This document shows, one piece after another, positions 11,444 to 24,499 of a DNA stretch of 64,000 nt. Every line of letters starts with the position of its first letter. Position 1 is the first letter of the stretch. Origin of the DNA: Camelus dromedarius (lineage: Eukaryota). The notes below the pieces were generated by a model. It did not search any database. It was not told the origin of the DNA and saw only the letters and a list, made by a program, of their open reading frames with translations. Position numbers and translations under genes: made by a program. The stretch spans positions 94,242,001 to 94,306,000 of the forward strand of contig NC_087472.1 of assembly GCF_036321535.1 (NCBI RefSeq), in the 5' to 3' direction.

Positions 11444-13409
11444 TCAAGGGAACTTTCATATTCTACATCGTTAAAATATGGTTTGTTTATTAGCTAAAAA
11501 CACTGCTTTGTTAGCTTCTTTATAGCCTTAGTAATTGCTCTCTAACAGCAATTAGGACTCAGCACATTTCCTTACAACTAATATGCATGCAATAAAAGTA
11601 TTATCAAAATAATTATTACAAAATCTCCTAATTACTTCCTTCTCCTTGAAAGTACCAGCGACTTTCAGGTCTTAGAATGCCAACTGAAGCCAAAAAATAA
11701 ATGTTATAGAAATCTTTTAAAGGACAATAGATGTAATAAAAAGTTTCACCAGAATTGGGTGGTAGAGTAATAGAGTAGGGCCAGAGATATTTAGAGTGAG
11801 AAACCAAGTCATTTCATTCTAAGTCTGTAAGGACGGTGAGCACCCCCAGAAGAAGAACTTGTGGAATAAGAACTTGCTTCAAATGTGAGTCTGTTTTTAT
11901 TTACAAGAGGGCAATTATGGTGATAAAATTGAATGCATTTCTATTTGGTTTCCTAAATGAGAGAGCATTTCAACCTTCAGAGCTTGTGAGATGCTTCAGC
12001 ATTTGCAATTACCTTTGACATTATATTAACTGGGTCAAAGGAAAACTCTTGAGGCCTCATAACTGGGCAAATCACTGTTGGAAAGGAATTTGGGTCAAGC
12101 ATGTCAATATCACTTAAGAGAAAAAATCGCATTCTTTGTCAGGATATGGTATTTTCTGACAAAACTGTATTTGTCCAGAAGAAATGAGATTTAAAGTCAC
12201 CCAGAATTTGCATTCAAATTCTCAATAAGTGATAAAGATTATGATGAATCATGAAGAATTTGGCACTGAGGTTGAGATTTCACAGACTTGAATGGGAATT
12301 GTCATGACTCCAACAGGAAAAAAAAAAGAATGCCTGGAAGATATAACCATGGCCTTGAGCACTCCAATACTTTATTACGCTGCCAAGACTCAACCCCATC
12401 TTGAAATCTTTCCTCTCTATAACCAGTGGTCGATATCCCCTAAATGACAGAGAATGAGAACGACTTATATTTTACATACATTTTCTTTTTCATGTTGAAC
12501 TACAGACAAGTTGCTGATGTTTGAAAAGAGTTGGGGTTGTAGCTAATAGGAAAAAATTAAATAAAATTTAGGAAGTCTATTGAAAGGATAAGTTTTACAT
12601 GCATTACAGTTGAAATAGCTCAATGGCGATTACTGATCCCCAGTCAATTGAAAATCAGCATGAAACAGACTGTGGAGGCTGCAAAGATGAGGAAGCTGTG
12701 TCCCAAACTCTCAGAAAGTGTGCAATATGATGGCAGACAATGACATCGAAACTAACTGCGTAAACAGAAGGCTATTAAATAGAAACAAAATAAAGCAGTA
12801 ACATAGGAAAACAATTAGTTCAGGGGATTCAAAATTTCGAAAATAATTCCAGCCTTTTATATAAAGCAGGAACTCCTTCAGATTGCAGTTGATAAAGGTT
12901 AAGGGATGAAACAAGCCATCCCATCAAGGGCAGATTTTCATTTTGTCGTTATCATTTTTTTTTATTAGTGTTGTCCAACTTAGCTTTCACTTTTATAATC
13001 TGGGTTAAAAAGGAAGAGCAGTACTTCTTTAAAGATGAATCAAGAACATAATCCTAGTTTCTCTGTTTTATCTTGTTTCCAACACTACTCTTTGCCGTCT
13101 AGAACAGAATGTGAGATCAAAGTTCACGATGCGTGTTTATTACAGTGTGAGGGAGTTTGCTATTCCTGATGTTCCATGCTAAAACATAGATCTCATGCCC
13201 CAGGGCTTGAAGATGTTACTGAGCCCTGATTTCTAAGAGAAGCAGGCCTTTTTTCTGCTGGGTCTATTCTACTTCTGCTTCATCTTTTTTGGAACCCACT
13301 TGCCATATCAATTTCCTTGCAATCTAATTTGACTGAAGTCATGGACAATCTGATTGTTTACTTTTAAGTCATATATCATTTTCTTTTATCATTGATGACA
13401 TGAGAATTC

Positions 13410-13900
13410 TTTCATTCTTCATCCTACATACACTTGATGCCTTTTATGCACCAGACAGTGTTCTTTGAGTGAGAACTACAGTAGTGAATGAAACCAACAA
13501 AGTTGCTGCCTTTCCAGAATTCACAGTCTAAAGCAGGAGACAGACCATAGACCTCGCTACCACAAAATGAATAGATGATGAAAATTCCAGGTGGTAATTA
13601 GTAGTCTGTATTAAAATATAGCAGAGTAAGGTTTTAGAGAAGGACATTACTAATTTCAATATGAAGCTCAGGCAAGGCTGCTGAGAGGAGACAGCTGGAG
13701 ACTGGAATGAAGTGTAGGATGTAGCCCTGTGACCTTCTGGAGGGAAAGCAACCCAGGAGAGCCGATGAAAGGCCCTATTGGGAAGAAGTCTTTGGCTGGT
13801 AGGAGGAGCAGCAAGGGACCAGGTGGCTAAAGTGCAGTGAGTGAGACAGAAAGGGTGGGAGATGAGTATGGAGAGGTAGTCAAGGACCAAATCGCATTAG
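13410..13900 (-). mobile_element. L2 3' region
   Basis: ttcattcttcatcc...tatgcaccagacagtgttct...agtgaatgaaacc...gaattcacagtcta is the typical antisense L2 3' end. Confidence 0.7.
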
Positions 13901-14293
13901 GCTTTTTTTCCCCTCTAAGCTAAAACCATCATTTTCATCAACATTTCCAGAGTCACATGATGCTCTGCCGTCACACCTACCCTCTCAGGTCTTGGTTCAG
14001 CTTCATCTTTTTCTGTCCTCTCCTCTTTAGCTTTTGCTGTAAAGATGCTTGTCATCATCCTCCCTCTTCCTGCAGACGTAGGTGTGATTTATTGTGCTTG
14101 TGAAATAATCAGGAGCAAATAGAATTCTATTTGTCTATAGATTTTACATATGGGATATTTATAAAGTTCATCTTTAAAGCAGTCAATTGCTTAAGGTAAA
14201 GACAAAGAAGGGTGTAGTAATAATCTCATGCTTCATGCAGGGAACAACACATACCTGTTAGAACATATGCCAAATTAAAAAAGAATGCAGGGA

Positions 14294-14450
14294 GGGGAGG
14301 GTATAGCTCAAGTGGTAGAGCACATGCTTAACACACTTGCGGTCCTGGGTTCAATCCCCAATACCTCCATTAAAAAAAATAATAATACTAATAAGTAAAT
14401 AAATAGACCGAATGACCTCCCCCCAGTGAAAACAATAAGTAAAAATTTTA
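14294..14450 (+). mobile_element. tRNA-Ala-derived camelid SINE (Vic-1 type), long-tail form
   Basis: ggggagggtatagctcaagtggtagag (A box) ... gggttcaatcccc (B box), A-rich segment, then aataaatagaccgaatgacctcccccc tail. Confidence 0.9.
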
Positions 14451-15329
14451 GAAAATTACATGTTTAAAAAGAAGAATATGTTACATAGTCAGGGTCTTAA
14501 AATACAAAGAAGGTGGTGGTAAAATTCCACCGTGGGGCAAGAAACTACTCTGCTCTACTTTCCTGCAGCTTTGACTGATGATTATCCCTTCACAAATGAG
14601 ATGACGCTCAGTGAAGGGACAAAACATTCATACAGAGCCACTTCAACATGTAGATTTCAAAATCACAACCATAGCATGATTTCTGGAGGAGCCCCTGTCA
14701 TTTCCAGTCGTCCACTTCTGCGGAATGATAAGTGTCTCTAACATCATTAATCCTTTGATCCAAGAGGCAGAGGAAAAAATTCCATCTAATGTGCCATCTC
14801 ACTTTCTCTGTTTTGTGGCTGCTCTTGTTTCTTTAGGTAAATGGTGAGAGTGGGGGAGGGGTACAAAGAAAAAAGAAAATAATAAAACTTAAACCTATTT
14901 TTTGTCCCCCCCCCTTTTTTTTTTTGGTCCATAAATAATCTCTGGGCAAAATTATATGTTATAAATTATATGCTACAAAACCTAATTAGGGCTTTTAAAA
15001 TTCAAGCCTAACATATTTTACTTAATTTATATGGGGAATAGGAAGCTCTAGCTCAAAGGAAACAATTCAGTTTGTAGCCTATTCTCCAGAAGAGGGAGGC
15101 CAAGCCACATGTACCCTTAAGTTTAACCAATGCTCATATTAATGTTAACTATCTAGTCCATTCTAGCTCTGGCTGGTAGGTCATCTAGGGGTTGTCTATC
15201 ATGACAGCACCTTTACCTGTAGCCTTCAGGATCCAGAATTGTCTCAGCCTTAGTCTCTTAAGAGAGCAGAATGTCCTACCCAGAAATAATTTAAGTAAGC
15301 AGAATGATCTAAACTTTAACCTCAATCTT

Positions 15330-15725
15330 TTATGAACTCCCTGGTAGTTCACTAAGCTCTATTTACATTGGCCTTCCTTTGTTTCTTGGTCTTACAAAGC
15401 ATTGTCCAATCTCAAGGACATCTGTCTGGATGTCTTTTCCGAAGATATCCCAATGATTAGCTCAGTTCCAAATGACTTCCTCTGGGAAGCCTTCTGGTAT
15501 CAACACATATAAATAACACCCTTCACTCCAATTCTTTCTACCATATTATGGTACTACCCTCTGTATTTCTTCAACTGTATCACTATTCAAAATTAACTAG
15601 TTTATTTACTGGTTTCCTGTTTTTATCTGTTTTCGTCCACTAGAATCCAAGCACCATGATTTTTAGCTACATTATTTTCTTGTTAATCTAGAACAGTGCC
15701 TGCCAATATGTACTGTTTAATAGCC
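15330..15725 (+). mobile_element. L2 3' region
   Basis: ctcaaggacatctgtctggatgtc...cttcctctgggaagccttct...ccactagaatccaagcaccatga...ctagaacagtgcctgcc. Confidence 0.6.
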
Positions 15726-15734
15726 ATTTTTAAT

Positions 15735-16215
15735 ACTTTCTTTTTAAAACTTGCAAAATTACAGAGAAGTTGCAAGGAAAGAATAAAGGATGCTCATATA
15801 TTCTTCAACCAGATTAATCAGTTGTTAATATTTTGTCACATTTGTTTTATCACCTTTTTCTAAGTTTTTGTCTCTCTGCATATATATATATATGCAGTCT
15901 CCTAATATTCTCAAAGCCTCATCGTCAGTAGCAAAGTCAGAAAATTTATTATTTTAATAGTATTATTAGCTAATATAATGTCCATAATCAAAATTTATAA
16001 TTGTCCCAAAATATTCTTTTAGCATATTTATAATTCTTTTGGTTGTAGTTGCCAATCCATTATCCTGCTTTGCATTTAGTTGTCATATGTCTGTAGTATC
16101 TTTAATTGGGAATAGATTCTCAGCTTTTTTTTTTTTTTAAGTCTTTTATGACCCTGACATTTTTTAGGAATACCTTTACTTAGGAATGCAGTTATTTTGT
16201 ACAATACCAATCACT
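15735..16215 (-). mobile_element. L1MC-like 3' region
   Basis: aaaattacagagaagttgcaagga...cttcaaccagatt...gttaatattttgtcacatttg...ttgcatttagttgtcatatgtct. Confidence 0.65.
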
Positions 16216-17011
16216 GATTTTTGGAATTTGAATTACATGAATACTGATCCCCATCTAGGATTGTCTTGTCCTTATATAAAGATACATGGGAATTGAAAAT
16301 ATGTAAAATTTTCACAACTTTACTCAATCCATTCTGAGATCTAAGAATAAAATGGTTACTAGGCCATACTTTGGGAGAGTCTCAATTTCCTATCTTCCAA
16401 AGTTTTCCATTTCCATAACTAAATAATCAACAGATTTCCTGAATTTTTATATTAAGGTATACTATGAAAATTTAAGTAAGCTATTAGAATATATTTTATG
16501 TAGAACTCCTTTAAGGAGCATACATCAGTGAATCCATTAATCTCATTGAAAAGCCAAGGCTTTACTAGATTTATTTTCCAATTTCATGTTCCACAATTAC
16601 CCTTGTTTAATCATAAAAGCAGAGGAGACATTGTCTAAATTTAGGTTTATTTTCAATACAGCTTTCAGAATGGAGGTTTCTATGTACCAACTTACCAGTC
16701 TTCAAAGGAGAAAACCCAAATATGTTGTACTAACAAAAATCAATGGACAATCTCAGATTTTAATATTTTTGGAACCCCAGTACAAGTATATCATGTCCTT
16801 GCCATTATATTTACTTGTCTTCTATATAAAGAAGTTGGCTGAGCTGAGTACTCAGTTTAAATTCATTCAAACAACTGGGAGCTAAGAGTTATCACCTTGC
16901 TTCACAGATTATTAATAGCCTCAGCATCAAAAGGTTCTAAAAAGTCTTATATCTCTGTTCAATTTTTCTCTTATCTGATGGGAAAATCTGCCTCATCTTT
17001 TTAGTCTATTG

Positions 17012-17190
17012 AGTGGTTCCCAGTGCTGGATATTTACTGCAATAAGCTGGGGAACTTTGAAGGACTAGCAGTTCTTGAGCCACCACTAGTGATTCTGATA
17101 TAATCGGTTTGAAGTGGACCTTTAATAGTTGGTGTTATCTTAAAAGAACTTGAGGTGCTTCTAAAGAGCAACCAGAATTAAGAATCACTG
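17012..17190. mobile_element. MER5-like hAT-Charlie MITE
   Basis: Terminal inverted repeats agtggttc(c)...gaatcactg; internal gtgattctgatataatcggtttgaagtgg; about 180 bp. Confidence 0.6.
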
Positions 17191-18216
17191 ATCTGAACCA
17201 AAGAAATCGCCATCATCCAATGACATCAGTCAAATAGAATGCTGCAATATCTTCCAATCGGATAGTCCTGTTCCTTTTATAATACACTCGTCCTTTCCTC
17301 TGGTGACAAATCAGTGTCTCTGGATAATTCTAACCATATCTTTTTATTTCACTGAGATGCGATAGATTAAGACTCTTGACTAGAATAAGCTGTAGTATTA
17401 TGTTGTGTAACTTTGTGACTAGAGAAACCAAAAACCATGCTGGCTAATTTTGTCAACATCAATTAGGTTAAACTGTGGAGTTGACTATACCTCTCATATC
17501 CCTTTATTATGTGAAATATTTGATCAGTTGCTTGATCCTTCTTTAGGAATCGCCATCATCTTTTATTGTAATGATGTCTCATTTAGGTAAAAGAGTTTCA
17601 AATGTATACAAAACAGAAGCATTTGAGTTATCACCAAATAATGAGAGAATATCATAGATTATGACTTTTCAAGAGGTCATTACATAGTTAAATCATTTAT
17701 ATATTCTATTTTTATTTGGACTTTAAAATATGGATTTTATAATGCAAACAGTTACTTAAAAAAAAAAAGAAGTCAGTGTCATCTGGACTCTTTCCCCCTA
17801 ATTTAATCTGGGCATTTGAACGACCCATTTCTGAGCTCATCAGTGGTTCTTGAATGTCAGGTGCGCCCTATTTAATCAATAACTAAGCCTTCATTAGACT
17901 CAGTGAGCTGCTGATATGTACCTTTACATATTCAAAATCTGTCCGGCACAATAGAATCTAACTGGATCTTTATCTAATGAAAAGGTCAAGACACACTTCC
18001 CGTTGGCAATTATGTTAGCTCCCTCAGAGTCTCATTCACTAAACCACGTGATCAGTACATAGAGAATGCTTGTAAAAAAAAAAAAGTTTGACCTCAGATT
18101 ATTATATTCTCTAAAAAGATTTAGTAATAGGCATAAGTTATAGAAGCAAGGAACTTGACAGCTTATTGATTATGCATATATGTTCCCTGCATTTATTTAA
18201 AGTGAACCAATTAGTG

Positions 18217-18426
18217 CAGGGGTTGGCAAGCTCTTTCCTAAAGGGCCAGATAGTTAAAATTTTAGGCTTTGCTGGCCACATGGTCAGTCGCAGCTATTTA
18301 ACTCTACTGTTGTAATGGAAAAGCAGCCACAGACAATATGTAAAAGAATGGATGTGGCCGTGTTACAATAAAAGCTTGTTTACAGAAACAGTTGACAGGC
18401 AGTGGGTTATAGTTTGCTAACCCCTT
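18217..18426. mobile_element. MER58A-like hAT MITE
   Basis: TIRs caggggttggcaa / ttgctaacccctt; internal aaagggccagatagt...ttaggctttgctggccac...gcagccacagacaatatgtaa; perfect 8-bp TSD aattagtg (18209-18216 / 18427-18434). Confidence 0.9.
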
Positions 18427-20269
18427 AATTAGTGGGGCGAAATGCATCCTATGTATAATAGACATATACATATACGTATATATGTTTTTGTTTACAAAAT
18501 GGAATTGAGTGTCTCTGCAAATTGAACACCCTGAAGGGAAGCTACAAGAGATGTAAGGGAATTTTGTATATATTTGAAGCTGTCACATCTTTTATTTTTA
18601 ATCACCATGTTATATTGGAAGACGGGCGAGAAACCCTCTATCCATGCCTCCTTTACTTAAGTAAACTCTTTTCTGAAAATATGCAGTATAGTTTTTCCTA
18701 AAGGAAGTCACTTAAAAAAAATTAAGCTATTCATTAACTCAGCACACTTTAAATAACTAAATAAAAATAGACACACACTCCTATTTAATTGTTTGGCTGG
18801 GTTCTTGGATGTGAGATAACTTCATACTGTCCTGACAGAGTTCATTATCTCGTACAAGGCACAAGTGGTCAGGTTTCAAGAGGCATTCTAATTGTTGCCT
18901 GTCGTGAGGACAGAACTCTATCATCAAGTCTAAGTGCACTTAATTTGGAAAGAAGGACAATTGGTTAAATGTTTGGTATCATAATAAATACATAGTGAAT
19001 TGAAGAGGAGGAGTGTTCCTAAAGTGGTCTAGTCCTATGGACTCTGAAATCAATCTCATCTTTCTAAAGATCACAGCCCCAAGGACTTCTGGTGATTTTT
19101 CTTCGTGACATCCCCTGATACCTGATAACAGGAGTAGAAACATAGGGAAAAAAAGAACCCATAATGTAGCCCTGATGTAACCCCAACTCCTTATGCTCTA
19201 TTTAAGCTGCCATGCCTTGTGACCTCTTTTATAGTCATTTGTTAACTTCTTCTCTCTTGTAATGCGGAACTTGCCCTGCACATATCCAAAACTGACAGCT
19301 ACAATAAGAGTGGCCCACTGTCCTCCGAAATTACGACAGAAACATTCCATATAACACTCAAATCTAGTATTACAAAAGAGAAACAAAACTAGTCGGTGAG
19401 ACTCTCAATGGTGCCTGGTTCACAGAAACAGAATAGCATGTCATCCATTTTTGAAATATTGCAGAATTTGTGCTGCAGTGCATCTGCCTGCAGCATAAAG
19501 AAGCTAGACTTAAACTTTTTCTGGGTATTTAGCCACATAATCCGTATGAGTCTGGCATCAACTCAAGACATGACTATATATTTTAAAGTAACTGAATCAT
19601 GCATATCTTTAAAAGTAAACATTATTCGTGGTGTTCTTTCTAAGAGCAGTGGGGCATATCGTATATAACAGCTACATGTAGAGATACTAATACAATTCTA
19701 TGACTATGAATACAAATAATATGTCTAGGTATTTAATAGTTTTCACATGAAAAGAAAATACTAACCCTTAATGAAAATGTAGATCAGTAATCCTGAGAAA
19801 AGTAATCTAAATACCGTGAATAAGTTTTGTGACACACACTGGATGAAACCTTCAAATTTGTCAGAACGTTACAAATTGTTTGCTTGTGCAGATTCATTGT
19901 TATGTTTTATGATATATTTTGAAAATTGGCTCCATGGAATAAAGTAAAAAGCAGTTTTATTAGCTTTTCTAAAAAGCTTTAAAATAATTTCACTAAACAT
20001 TTTAAAATAAAAATAAATAACATTTGAGATTATTATATTGCTGAGAGTATTTTAAAAGTCTCTTGGAAGTACTTATGACTTACTTTCTATTGTAAAAAGC
20101 TTTTTATAAAAAAAAATTGTATTTTATGTCCCAGATAATTCAATAATGATTCATTTGTTTTGCAAACAAGCAATAGCTATTTCCAAAACCAACATTTATT
20201 TGAAACCTTAGGAAACTTGAGCAAAAACATAGTTAAGATAAATAAAGGCATTTATAATCAATTAAAGAT

Positions 20270-21830
20270 AAAGATAGTTAAGTTTTCACAGATTTTCCTC
20301 CAAACAACCACTGAGGGACAGACCTTAACAAGAAGAAAAATGAACCTAGAAGAAAGGAATTGGATGAAAGGGGAGATGGTAAATACTAAACATGTTGTGT
20401 GAGCTTTAAAAAGGTTATAATAAAATTTGGGGATGGTTTAAAAGCAAAGTTTAATGAAAATACTAGAAAATAATAGGTGGATGATAGGTAGAAAATACTC
20501 AAATAAGGTCTTTGTCTTGTAAAGGATAAGGAATAAAATATCTGCCAACTCTAAATTTTTGAGTTAAATGTAAAATTGAATACGAATATTAATCCATTAA
20601 AACGGAATAATAGAATGCAAAAGAAAATATGTAAAACAAAACATGACAATTTAAAATATTCTAGAAATGCATGCATATATTAATAAAAACTAAATGTAAA
20701 TAGATTAAACTTATTCATTAGAAGAGAGTTAGAGACTAGATTCTTGCAAATTAGATGTACATGACTTATGAGAGAAGCATCTAGAGCAAAATGATATATA
20801 AAATTTGAGTGATCAGAGATGAAAGGCAATACATATATCTGACAAACTAAACAAATAGAAGATGGTGAAGCAATATGTAATATTAGATAAAATAGAATTT
20901 CACATGCCAAGAATCCAAGGGAACTAAAAATAAAAGTCAAAATTTATGAGAAATACATCAGAATCATAAATTTGTACAAACCTAAGAGCTTATCTTTGAA
21001 AAAAATAAACAGCATTAAAAATAAAATTTAAAATGTGTCAAGCTTTTGGAAGGTTTTAAGGAAATTGTCTTAGAATATGATGCATTGAGCATAATTAAGT
21101 ATGATTGTAGATTATTTGCATAATACTATCAACTTCCCTATCTATGTAGCCATTGGAAGACAACTCTACAACCAATAAAGAGAGGATAAATATTCTAGTC
21201 TCATGATACATACTACACAATTAAATACACACAGATTCAGAAAAGAAAACTTTAACAAATTCCAGATAATCAACTGCGGCATTTGTATCAGTGGAAAAGA
21301 AGGTTAAGGAGTAGATAAAACAGGAACATATAAGTTCTTTTTATTGCACAGAATACTACTCAGGAGTTAAAATTATTGGACTCAGTGTGTATCATCATGA
21401 ATAGATCTCAAAAATAGAATGTTGCGAGATGAAAACAAGTTGTAGAATGTACAACATAATTCCATTCATTATTATTTTGAGCATTCCAATTCTAAAAATA
21501 TGCAAATATATAAGACACAGAATGGAATGAAACCCCCTAAATATATGATAACTGTTGCCTCTATGTGTGGAAGGAAATGAAATTGGGAATTGAATAGGAG
21601 ACTAAGATGCCGCTCCTTCCTCCTATGGGTAATGTTTGATGTCTTTTATAATGGACCCGCCAAAATTGAGAGAAGGAAGGAAGAGGGAGAGAGCGAGCGA
21701 GAAAGCAAGAAAGAGAAAGAGAGAAACTCTTCAAACAAAATCTGTGTGGCGGGTCCTTGAGTATTTCTTATTTTTTATACTACTCCATACTCTTTTGTAT
21801 TTTTTTAACATTTATCAAAACATTTAAAAA
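20270..21830 (+). mobile_element. Ancient L1M/HAL1-like segment
   Basis: Long A-rich L1-sense-like tract ending in an L1ME-like 3' end (gaatactactcaggagttaaaa...atgaatagatctcaaaaatagaatgttg). Confidence 0.5.
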
Positions 21831-21899
21831 TCAACAAATCATTTGACTAGAACTCTAAATATATGAGGTGCATGTTTTATAAATGATTGCAAGTTAAAC

Positions 21900-22085
21900 A
21901 AAACCAAAATTCAAGTCAAGAGACTTGCTTTTCAGTGCATTCTCTACCACTTAATAAGCAAGTCACTGTCACTGAATTCTGGATCCTTCATCTATAAAAT
22001 GTTAATAAGAATGTTTGCTCTGCTTAGTTCACAAGAGTATGTATAAAAAGCATTTTATATCAGAGAAAATGCCTTCCAAATATAA
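21900..22085 (+). mobile_element. MIR SINE
   Basis: gcaagtcactgtcactgaattctggatccttcatctataaaatg is a MIR core motif. Confidence 0.55.
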
Positions 22086-22109
22086 AGAATTTTTTTCTAA
22101 TGAGTACTA

Positions 22110-22290
22110 ATTATTACAACTTGCATGTATTTAATGCCTACCAAATGCCAGGCGTATTTAAAATATTGTTAATCCTCAAAATAATAAAAATGAAAATTAA
22201 CTAATATTACCCCCATTTTGAAGAGAAGAAAATTGAGGCTCAGTGAGAAACCATCCAAAGGGATGGTAAATAGTGCTGGCAAGAACAGGC
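22110..22290 (-). mobile_element. MIR SINE
   Basis: attacccccattttgaagagaagaaaattgaggctcagtgag is an antisense MIR core. Confidence 0.55.
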
Positions 22291-24499
22291 AAGACCTTTT
22301 CTCTCTAACATAAATTTTACCTTTCCTTTTGGTAAAGACATCTCTTGCAGCACATGGAATATTTTCAGGAGGGTGGGGGGAAATGACTCATTGAAAGGGG
22401 TTTTCTTATTTCTCGAGCTGGTAGAATTTACCAGTGATTGTGTGATAAATCATTTTTCTGGGTTAAATCCCTGACTCTTTATTTTCAAATAGAATGTATC
22501 TGTCATTTGAATAAAAAGATTAGCAGATGCCTTCATCTGGGCCTCCTGGAAGGGAGTCTCCTGACTACAGAGTTGTGAGTTCCGGTACAGTAATTTTTAT
22601 ATTTCCACATTCTTAATGATATGTAGCCTTCTGCTGTAACTGGAATGGCAGTCTGTCACCCTGCTGCTTCTGCTCACTGTCCACCTGACATCTAGGAGAG
22701 AAAAGAGCTATTGGCTCTGCCACACGTGCTCCCAGGAGCCCACAGCTATGCCGCCTGATCCGCATGTTGTGCTTCAGTAACTCCCTCAGAGGTTTCTTCT
22801 GCCCACTCAGCTTATGTTCCCTAACCACGTGGCAGCTGCCTGGGAAGTCGGCTCTCACCCGTTCTCTACACAGAGCCCTCTCAACAGAGTTGTTCTTAGC
22901 AATAGCACACTCCTACCTTTCTGATGCTAAGGCCATCACGACATGCAAAGATAGCTGTGAGTCACGAAGACCACTTAGAGAGTTATTTACAAAACCATCC
23001 ATGATGTGTATTAGCCTTCCTGAACTTCTCATGCCATTGGAAGACACCTGTGTCTAGAGCAGCCCCATAGTGAAGTGTGTGAGAAGGAATACTCTGCCCA
23101 ACTTATTTTGTGAGCATGCAGGAAATTCTATGTTCAGAGGACTTTGTTTCAGCATTAATTTTAAAATTCCATTATCCTTGTCATTCTTTTCAGTGGTTCT
23201 CCAAATATTTGGTCATAAAAGTATTTCTGTCATTCTAATCATAATTTGCTTTGGAACTCAGAGATCTTTATCCTCTTGATTCTGTGATGATTAGTCGCAA
23301 AAAAGTAAACCAACCAAAGGTAGTAATCCTAACCCTGTATTTTCTTTTCTATTTTTGGTTCAATGGAAGTTTCTGGCAGATGTGCTTATAAACAAGGCTA
23401 AAACTCCCTAACCCTATGAATAAGTACATGGATATTTTATTACTATTCTAAACATATAGTTTTATGTGGTTAAAGTCTGTATGGTGAGGGGTTTGGACTA
23501 TGCACCCAGATTCACATTTGGCATTGAATACCTTGTTTTTCAATTACACTAACTTGAGATCATCCCAGAATTTCAGAATGACTGACTATATATACTGATG
23601 GAAAGGACTAGCTATAGTGGAATCCTGATGTTTCATAAATTTGTTATTGCATGTCTCTAAAACATATTTATATAATTACTTTAAATAGTTTTTCTCTTTG
23701 CATTATACTTTGAAATGGAATTTTTACAGTCTCCAAAAATGTATATGACTCTATCGCCAGTTTATATATTCTAACTATATGTGAAATTTGCAATGAAGAC
23801 CTATCTTTTTTATGGCTAGATAAAATAGCAAAATTCCTTCTTTCCAGGCTCATTTTAATAATGTCCAATTCTAGGTAATTTTAAAGGGAGGTAAATGTTA
23901 ATGCATTAAGAATTTAATATAATTCACAAGAATAGAAATAATGTGTGGGTAGTGCTATATTCAAAGTTTTAGGAATGGAAGGGTGTTAAAAAAAAAAAAA
24001 AAAGAAAGGAGAGGAATAGGAAATCAATTTAGAGTAGATCAAACCTTCCTGTTCTTCTTTCCATGTCAATTTGGAGTATTTTCCTCTAAAGTCATACTGG
24101 AAGATGATACAGGAATGAGTCCGCACACCATCAAAAGCAGACAGGGAATACTCACAGAGTCCCAGGCACTTCCAGGACCATCTGTTACTCTGACACTGAA
24201 AATGTCAATAGGAGTCTGAACTAGGAACTAATAATAGAGCTCTGGGGTCCCTGGCAAGAAACTCTTCTTCCGATCATTCCCCTACTTGAATAGCCTGATG
24301 ACTACAACTTCTGAATGGATGATTAGTCTCAGGTTGATCATACAAAGTCCCTTTGTCTCGGTCAACCAAGAGGCCTGAGACCCCAGTTCATCAGTCATCA
24401 CCTCGACTCTCATTGTCATCCTCACATGTGACTCAAATCTCCACCAATCCTTGATTCACCAAGCTATTTCATTCTTTATTCTGGAATTCCCTGTATCCT

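Noticed and set aside
17205..17560. 13-bp direct repeat aatcgccatcatc (17205-17217 / 17548-17560) as a TSD or array unit
   Set aside because: Only two copies, no tail or element between them, and such a match is plausible by chance in 64 kb
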